Source: Phycisphaera mikurensis NBRC 102666 (GTDB lineage: Bacteria; Planctomycetota; Phycisphaerae; Phycisphaerales; Phycisphaeraceae). From it: 32,000 bases of DNA. The translations under genes and the position numbers were made by a program. The stretch lies in the NCBI RefSeq assembly GCF_000284115.1, contig NC_017080.1, forward strand, positions 30,001 through 62,000, given 5' to 3'. The notes below the pieces were generated by a model, which ran no database searches, was not told where the DNA came from, and worked only from the letters and a program-made list of their open reading frames with translations. Positions 26,855-32,000 of this stretch are shown piece by piece. Position 1 is the stretch's first letter, and each line of letters opens with the position of its first letter.

Positions 26855-27832
26855 TCAATCCGCCGCCCCGCCCGGCGCCTCGCCCCGCGGCCGGATCACC
26901 CGCACGTCCATCTGCGGGAAGGGGATGGCCAGGCCCGCCGCGTCCAGGTGCGTCTTGACCGCCCGCGTCAGCGCCTCGTGAACCGGCCAGTAGCGCGACT
27001 TCTCCGTCCAGAAGCGGACCTTCCACGCGACCGCCGAGTCGCCGAGGCCGTCGAGGAAGACCTGGTGCCCGCGACCCTCGCCGTCCACGCGGTCCGCGGC
27101 GAGGGAATCCGCCGCGGCGTTGAGCACCTCCCGGGTCCGGTCCAGGTCCGCGTCGTAGGCGACGCCGACGGGCACCTCCACCCGGCGGTGCTCGTGGAAG
27201 GTCACGTTCTCGATCTTCGCCCCGTAGATCTCGCCGTTGGGGACGAGGATGCGGCGGTTGTCGAAGGTGTCGAAGGTCGTGGTGAACAGCTCGATCGCGT
27301 CGACCTTCGCCGTCAGCCCCGCCGCGGAGACCACGTCGCCCACCTTGAACGGCCGGAACACCAGCAGCATCACCCCCGCCGCGAAGTTCTGCAGCGTGCC
27401 CGAGAGCGCCAGGCCGATCGCGAAGCCCGCCGCCGCGATCATCGCCGCGAAGCTGGTCATCGGGATGCCCGCGTAGCCCAGCGCCGTCAGCACGCCGAGC
27501 AGGAACACGGCGTAGAAGACCAGCTTCGCGGCGAACCGCACCAGCGTCTCCTCGATCCGGGCCCGCCGCGCCGCCTTCGCGACGAAGCCCGAGGCCACCT
27601 TCGCCAGGACCGCCCCGCCCACCAGGAGGGCGACCGCGACCCCCGCCGGCACCAGGAAGCCGGTGACCAGCGGCCAGGCCGCCTCCAGGTCGCCGCGGCG
27701 GAGGCCGTCGAGGGCGACGAACAGCGTGTCCGCCGCGCGGCCCGCGAGGGCGTCGGCGCCCGCGCCGGCCGCGTTCAGGGGGGAGGGATCGGGGTCGGCC
27801 TGGGCCAGCGTGGCAGGGAGGATCGGCGGCAT
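26855..27832 (-). CDS. mscS: Small-conductance mechanosensitive channel (MscS family)
   Basis: RIEETLVRFAAKLVFYAVFLLGVLTALGYAGIPMTSFAAMIAAAGFAIGLALSGTLQNFAAGVMLLVFRPFKVGDVV...ELFTTTFDTFDNRRILVPNGEIYGAKIENVT. Confidence 0.95.
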   Translation of the reverse strand: MPPILPATLAQADPDPSPLNAAGAGADALAGRAADTLFVALDGLRRGDLEAAWPLVTGFLVPAGVAVALLVGGAVLAKVASGFVAKAARRARIEETLVRFAAKLVFYAVFLLGVLTALGYAGIPMTSFAAMIAAAGFAIGLALSGTLQNFAAGVMLLVFRPFKVGDVVSAAGLTAKVDAIELFTTTFDTFDNRRILVPNGEIYGAKIENVTFHEHRRVEVPVGVAYDADLDRTREVLNAAADSLAADRVDGEGRGHQVFLDGLGDSAVAWKVRFWTEKSRYWPVHEALTRAVKTHLDAAGLAIPFPQMDVRVIRPRGEAPGGAAD

Positions 27833-27938
27833 CGTCCCCCGGTTTCGGCACGACGCCCGCGGGAAGGCCACCGCCGTGCCACACTGCCGCCCCGGGGGCC
27901 AGCGGGCCCCTCCCCCCACCCCCCAGGAACCGCGGCAG

Positions 27939-28397
27939 ATGAAGATCGTTCAGGAGTTCAAGGAGTTCATCCTCAAAGGCAACATGGTCGACCTCGCGGT
28001 CGGCATCGTGATCGGCGCCGCCTTCAGCAAGGTCGTCACCACCCTGGTGGGCAGCGTCATCATGCCGCCCACCGCCTTCCTGATGGGCGGCGTCGACCTC
28101 GCCTCCAAGAAGACCCTCCTCATCGAGGAGCTCCGCGAGGGCGACACGCACCCCGTCTACCAGAACACGGTCGAGAAGGACATCCCCGCGGTCTACCTCG
28201 AGTGGGGGGCGATGCTCCAGGCTCTCTTCGAGCTGCTCGTCGTCGGCCTCGCGATCTTCGTCGTCATCAAGGCCATCAACGCGATGCGGAAGAAGCAGGA
28301 GGAGGCCCCCAAGGAGGAGCCGACGCCCGTGGAGGTCGAGCTGCTGCGGGACATCCGCGACGAGCTGCGCAGCCGCGGCGGCCCGCCGCCGGCCTGA
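27939..28397 (+). CDS. mscL: Large-conductance mechanosensitive channel MscL
   Basis: MKIVQEFKEFILKGNMVDLAVGIVIGAAFSKVVTTLVGSVIMPPTAFLMGGVD...AIFVVIKAINAMRKKQEEAPKEEP. Confidence 0.97.
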   Translation: MKIVQEFKEFILKGNMVDLAVGIVIGAAFSKVVTTLVGSVIMPPTAFLMGGVDLASKKTLLIEELREGDTHPVYQNTVEKDIPAVYLEWGAMLQALFELLVVGLAIFVVIKAINAMRKKQEEAPKEEPTPVEVELLRDIRDELRSRGGPPPA

Positions 28398-28440
28398 GGG
28401 CGACGGAGCCGGCGGCGCGGGGACGCCCCCGCGCGCGCGA

Positions 28441-28465
28441 CGACGCCCGCGGAGCGCGGGCGTCG
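28441..28465. terminator. Hairpin between convergent mscL and PEP-CTERM gene, candidate bidirectional terminator
   Basis: CGACGCCCGCG-GAG-CGCGGGCGTCG: perfect 11-bp stem, 3-nt loop, nested inside a weaker GGAGCCG...CGGCTCC pairing (28405-28484). Confidence 0.55.
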
Positions 28466-28489
28466 GGTCCCCCGCGGCGGCTCCGGGCC

Positions 28490-29380
28490 TCAGGCCCGCC
28501 GGCGACGCAGCAGCGCCAGCCCGCCGAGGCCGAGCACGGCCGCGGCCGTCGGCTCGGGCACGACGGTGAGGTCGCGGATCAGGTCGCCGGTCGTGATCGC
28601 GCCCAACGAGGTGGCGACACCGGTGTCCAGGTCGATCGTGTAGAGCGCCGAGTTCGGGCCGCTCTGCAGGTTCGCGTACGCGATCCCGGTCGCCCCGGAG
28701 ATGTCCAGGCCCAGCTCGTTGGTCAGCGGGCTCACGCCCAGCGAGCCGATCGTGTTCAGCGTGCCCGCGTTGTTCGCGACCGTCACCAGCACGCCGAGCT
28801 TCTGGTCGATGCCGAACTGCTGCGTGGTCGTCGCGCCCGCGACGCTGTTCGTGTACGCGATGCCGGCGATGTTCGGGTCGGCCCCCTCGTTCGCATCGCC
28901 CGCCGCGTAGAAGACCGGGGTCTTCTCGACGGGGCCGAGGTACTGCCCGCTGTCGCCGCTGACGACGCGGTTGTTGTCGGTGTCGCTGATGATCCGGGCA
29001 AACTCGCCGGACATGAAGGCCGGGTTGAAGTCGAACGCGAAGCTCGTGCCCCGAAGCCGCGGGCTGAACGCCGCGAAGGGCGTCGCCTCGAAGGTGTCGG
29101 TGTCGAAGGTGTAGAGCCGGTTGGTGGAGCCCAGCAGGTAGATCTCGTCGGTCGCCGGCCGGTAATCGATCGCGAGCAGGTTCTCGTTGTTCGCCAGGCC
29201 GGTGACCGCCCCGCCGTCGATCGACACGCTCGGCGCCGCGCTGTCGAACACCGTGACGCTGTTCTGCGTCGTCAGGCCGTAGATCAGCTCCGCCGAGGCG
29301 GCGGAAGTGACCCCCACCGCCGCGATCGCCAGGCCGGCGGCGGCTAGGGAGCGGGTGGGATGACTCGTCGGGTTCTGCAT
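28490..29380 (-). CDS. Exported PEP-CTERM-anchored protein, DUF4394-like beta-propeller
   Basis: Signal peptide MQNPTSHPTRSLAAAGLAIAAVGVTSAASA; IYGLTTQNSVTVFDSAAP...LYTIDLDTGVATSLGAI; C-terminal VPEPTAAAVLGLGGLALLRRRRA; AGGAG-like RBS at 29380. Confidence 0.88.
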   Translation of the reverse strand: MQNPTSHPTRSLAAAGLAIAAVGVTSAASAELIYGLTTQNSVTVFDSAAPSVSIDGGAVTGLANNENLLAIDYRPATDEIYLLGSTNRLYTFDTDTFEATPFAAFSPRLRGTSFAFDFNPAFMSGEFARIISDTDNNRVVSGDSGQYLGPVEKTPVFYAAGDANEGADPNIAGIAYTNSVAGATTTQQFGIDQKLGVLVTVANNAGTLNTIGSLGVSPLTNELGLDISGATGIAYANLQSGPNSALYTIDLDTGVATSLGAITTGDLIRDLTVVPEPTAAAVLGLGGLALLRRRRA

Positions 29381-29432
29381 CAGGTTCTCCTGCGGGGGGG
29401 AAGGACTGCGGCCACCGCGGGCTCGCAACGGA

Positions 29433-29463
29433 TGGTGGATATCCCGAGACGGGGAATCCACCA
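29433..29463. promoter_or_regulatory. Inverted repeat in 5' region of the PEP-CTERM gene
   Basis: TGGTGGATATCCC-GAGAC-GGGGAATCCACCA: 13-nt arms with one mismatch and one wobble, 5-nt loop, ~53 nt upstream of the start. Confidence 0.4.
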
Positions 29464-29538
29464 CGGTGAACCTACGCGGCACCCCCCGCCCCGGATGCAC
29501 CCCACCCCCGAGAAGTTTTCTCCCCAAAGCCGCCGCCC

Positions 29539-29700
29539 ATCCAGCCCCCTCGCGCACAAGGCAGACAAAGCGGCGTCGCCGCTCAGCTCTCGCCGCCACC
29601 CTGGCCGCGCGAGCTGCGTGGCGACGCCACGCTGTCCGAGCCGCCAATCCAGCTCCCTCGCGCACAAGCCAAACAGAGCGGCGTCGCCGCTCAGCTCTCG
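29539..29700. repeat. BIME-like repeat block on the 3' side of the RAYT gene (~1.5 units of 108 bp)
   Basis: Unit starts ATCCAGC(T/C)CCCTCGCGCACAAG at 29539 and 29647; hairpins AGCGGCGTCGCCGCT 29569-29583, GCGTGGCGACGCCACGC 29616-29632, GAGCGGCGTCGCCGCTC 29676-29692. Confidence 0.93.
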
Positions 29701-29722
29701 CAGCCAATCCCGCTCGATGCCC

Positions 29723-30325
29723 TCACGCTCCTTCGCGCAATCCGCGGGCGCGCTCCACCGGGACGAACGCACCACGCTCCACCGACTCCCCCAGCCGCCA
29801 CCGCTCCACCAGCCGCTGCCCCTCCGCGGGAGGCCGCAGCCCGCGGTCGATATCCCAGAACCACCCCGGGTGGTCCGGCAGGTATGCGAACCGCTGGAAG
29901 CGATACTTGCGGCGGCTCTGAATCCGGAAACAATCTCCGCCCTTCGAGAACAGAGATCCACCCCCCGCCCCATCCCCCCGCTCCCGCCTCAGCCCCGCCG
30001 AGACCGAACGCTTCATCGCCGCCCGCACCCGCTCCGCCTCCCGCGTGCCGTGCCACGCCACGAGCGTGTGCAAGTGCGACGCCGAGCTGCCCACCGCGAT
30101 GAGGAGCAGCCGCTGGCGGGCCGCCGCCTCTTGCAGCCAACCGATGCACGACCGCTGCAACGCGGGCGTGCATACCACCTCCGCCCTCTTCATCAAGGCC
30201 CGGTGATGCCGAGCCCGAGCCTCGTTCGGCGGCCGGGTCACCCGCCACCGACGGTCGTGATGCCCCGCCTCCCGGTCGACCATCCAGGACCCGTACGTGT
30301 GGAGCGTGATGAGAAACAGCGGCAC
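29723..30325 (-). CDS. IS200-like / REP-associated tyrosine transposase (RAYT)-type protein
   Basis: FLITLHTYGSWMVDREAGH...LLLIAVGSSASHLHTLVAWHG (HxH), KRSVSAGLRRERG...LFSKGGDCFRIQSRRKYRFQRFAYLPD (candidate catalytic Tyr). Matches the 'HTYGTWLPGD...NHVHVV' family layout. GTG start at 30325. Confidence 0.75.
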   Translation of the reverse strand: MPLFLITLHTYGSWMVDREAGHHDRRWRVTRPPNEARARHHRALMKRAEVVCTPALQRSCIGWLQEAAARQRLLLIAVGSSASHLHTLVAWHGTREAERVRAAMKRSVSAGLRRERGDGAGGGSLFSKGGDCFRIQSRRKYRFQRFAYLPDHPGWFWDIDRGLRPPAEGQRLVERWRLGESVERGAFVPVERARGLREGA

Positions 30326-30409
30326 AGCGACAAACCTACCAAAGACCGGTCATTCGCGAGCGGCCGCGGTTCCCCTCTCATACACCGCCCTCACACGCAA
30401 GCCGAAGAA

Positions 30410-30730
30410 ACCGCCGCAGCCACCCCGGCCGCGGTAGCTGCGTGGCGACGCCACGCTGTCCGACTCCCCATCCAGCTCCCTCGCGCACAAGGCAGACAGA
30501 GCGGCGTCGCCGCTCCGCTCTCGAAGCCACCCTGGCCGCGCTAGCTGCGTGGCGACGCCACGCTGTCCGAGCCGCCGATCCAGCTCCCTCGCGCACAAGC
30601 AGACAGAGCGGCGTCGCCGCTCAGCTCTCGGAGCCAGCCTGGCCGCGGTAGCTGCGTGGCGACGCCACGCTGTCCGACTCCCCATCCAGCCCCCTCGCGC
30701 ACAAGGCAGACAGAGCGGCGTCGCCGCTCA
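30410..30730. repeat. BIME-like tandem block on the 5' side of the RAYT gene (three full two-hairpin units)
   Basis: ATCCAG unit starts at 30470, 30578, 30684 (periods 108 and 106). GCGTGGCGACGCCACGC at 30440, 30547, 30654; GAGCGGCGTCGCCGCTC at 30499, 30606, 30713. Confidence 0.95.
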
Positions 30731-30779
30731 GCTCTCGGTCGTCAGAGTTCCGGCCCCAACGATCTCGAAGCGCTCGCCC

Positions 30780-30989
30780 TCAGCCGAACCTCGCGCTGAG
30801 CCCGAAGAAGCCCGTGTGGTTCTTGGCCCGGACCCGCCGAGCGGTCGCGTCCTCCGCCACCCGGAGCGTCCGCTCTTCCGCTTCTCGAACCAGCCGCGCG
30901 TTGACCTCCTTCGCGGTCTCCGGCGTGGCCTTGGAGACGCCGTCTTCTGCCCCACCGGACGGATCAGGCTGGTTGTTCTTCGCGTTCAT
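30780..30989 (-). CDS. Small charged hypothetical protein, 69 aa
   Basis: MNAKNNQPDPSGGAEDGVSKATPETAKEVNARLVREAEERTLRVAEDATARRVRAKNHTGFFGLSARFG; start overlaps the upstream ORF's 3' end by 26 bp. Confidence 0.45.
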   Translation of the reverse strand: MNAKNNQPDPSGGAEDGVSKATPETAKEVNARLVREAEERTLRVAEDATARRVRAKNHTGFFGLSARFG

Positions 30990-31734
30990 GGCGTGTCTCT
31001 TCGACCGAAAGAGTAGCCGGGGCGACCGCCTGCGCCCCTCCCTGCGACACGATGGCAAGCAGGATCCCCGCGACCCCCAGAACCAGCGCGTACACCATCG
31101 CTCCCCCGCTCGCTCTGGTCTTCGCGAGCAGCTCGTCGTTGCGTGCCTGAAGGTTGAGGAAAGCGGCCGACACCGCCTCGTACGACAGCTTCAGAGAGGT
31201 CAGCTCGTCTTCCGTGTCGATCCGCAGCAGCTCCACCGGGAGGCGGAGGTGACCGCTTGCGCTGTTGACGGCTCCATCGTCCCCGGCGGCCGGCGGCTGC
31301 GGCCCGCACGATTCCGCGATCATCCGGCGGAGCGGCGGGTCTTGCCGCGGCCGCCAGAGGAACAAGACGCGCAACCGGCACCGCATCGTGCCGCACCAGG
31401 CCCAGCACCGCCGCGGCCACCGCTTCGGGAACGCGCCAAAGACCAGCTTCGCGAAGGCGAGCCCCGCCGCGACCAGCGAGAGCGTCAGAAGGACCACCGC
31501 CCCGAAGAAGGCGGGCCCGCCGATCCTCGGCAGCAGCGTCACGGCTGCCGTGAAGACCGCACCGGTCGCCGCCACCAGGAGCCCGACGCTGAGCTGGAGC
31601 TCCCGCTGGATCAACCGCGCCCGCTCCTCCTCTGCGGCCCAAGCGAAGCGGGCGTGCTCCAGCAGCACCGCCCCGGCCTTCAGCTGCACACCTTCGTCTT
31701 GCTGAGACTGCAGCAGGAACCCCGAAGAAGCCAT
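30964..31734 (-). CDS. Hypothetical membrane protein, three predicted TM segments
   Basis: TMs: LSVGLLVAATGAVFTAAVTLL, GPAFFGAVVLLTLSLVAAGLAFAKLVFGAF, GAMVYALVLGVAGILLAIVSQ; helical stretch before TM3. Confidence 0.6.
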   Translation of the reverse strand: MASSGFLLQSQQDEGVQLKAGAVLLEHARFAWAAEEERARLIQRELQLSVGLLVAATGAVFTAAVTLLPRIGGPAFFGAVVLLTLSLVAAGLAFAKLVFGAFPKRWPRRCWAWCGTMRCRLRVLFLWRPRQDPPLRRMIAESCGPQPPAAGDDGAVNSASGHLRLPVELLRIDTEDELTSLKLSYEAVSAAFLNLQARNDELLAKTRASGGAMVYALVLGVAGILLAIVSQGGAQAVAPATLSVEETRHEREEQPA

Positions 31735-31830
31735 GATTCAACGGTACAGGACCCCCCTGAGCTCCACCCGGACGCCGACCCTCGAGAAGCCCATCAAGAC
31801 GCGGAAGACGCCCGCCCCACAGCCGCGAGA

Positions 31831-31908
31831 GCGGCGTGGCGACACCACGCCGCCCCACCCCCGATTCGGCCCACCTCCGCACAAGCAGACAGAGCGGCGT
31901 CACCGCTC
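31831..31908. repeat. Diverged copy of the two-hairpin BIME-like unit
   Basis: GCGGCGTGG-CGACA-CCACGCCGC (31831-31853), then CGCACAAGCAGACAGAGCGGCGTCACCGCTC, with the second hairpin at 31892-31908, same order and spacing as near the RAYT gene. Confidence 0.75.
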
Positions 31909-32000
31909 GGTTTCCTCAGTCAGCCCTCACGGAGGGGCTTGTTCGCAGGCACCACAGCCGTGCCCGAGTCCTCGGACCGCGTCGCCGGCGTCGAACACGA

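Larger units (their letters stand above)
29723..30730. mobile_element. Putative RAYT plus REP/BIME-like module (transposase with its cognate palindromic repeats)
   Basis: Transposase-like ORF flanked on both sides by the same ~107-bp two-hairpin unit in the same orientation. Confidence 0.6.

Noticed and set aside
24650-29347. Long plus-strand ORFs 24650-26608 and 26636-29347
   Set aside because: Antisense or out of frame to identified thioredoxin-like, lipoprotein, MscS, MscL and PEP-CTERM genes.
29466-31016. Short ORFs with AWRRHA..ARAERRRRS repeats (e.g. 30350-30685, 30549-31016, the 5' part of 28490-29707)
   Set aside because: They are translations of the BIME-like repeat units, not proteins.

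Overview
GC-rich bacterial chromosome segment. Protein style and gene set suggest a Phycisphaera-like planctomycete; this is inferred, not searched. Most of the window is housekeeping or envelope genes. Minus-strand blocks include pdhA / small membrane ORF / hicB-like / hicA-like / pdhB, and a long run nusB - ftsY - lytic transglycosylase - two vWA proteins - periplasmic protein - ExbB - ExbD - ExbD - 951-aa Ala-rich protein. Other genes are msrA, an RRM protein, ribBA-like, a secreted GIY-YIG protein, a nucleotide-sugar dehydrogenase, tRNA-Ile(GAT), a plus-strand trio (GT9, metallophosphoesterase, TIM-barrel epimerase), a D-2-hydroxyacid dehydrogenase, a thioredoxin-like protein, two lipoproteins, divergent mscS/mscL, and a PEP-CTERM protein. 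The most unusual observations are: (1) an ExbB/ExbD cluster whose two partner proteins have TonB-like architecture (N-terminal TM, one with an SxxxH motif, then a Pro/Ala-rich linker) but end in vWA domains; (2) an IS200-like/RAYT-type transposase flanked on both sides by ~107-bp units each carrying two near-perfect 17-nt hairpins, a REP/BIME-like system; (3) an array of five exact-period 103-bp units (77-bp conserved nested palindrome plus 26-bp spacer) between convergent genes; (4) a HicBA-like pair inside the pdhA-pdhB operon; (5) a RibBA whose GTP-cyclohydrolase-II half lacks the zinc cysteines.
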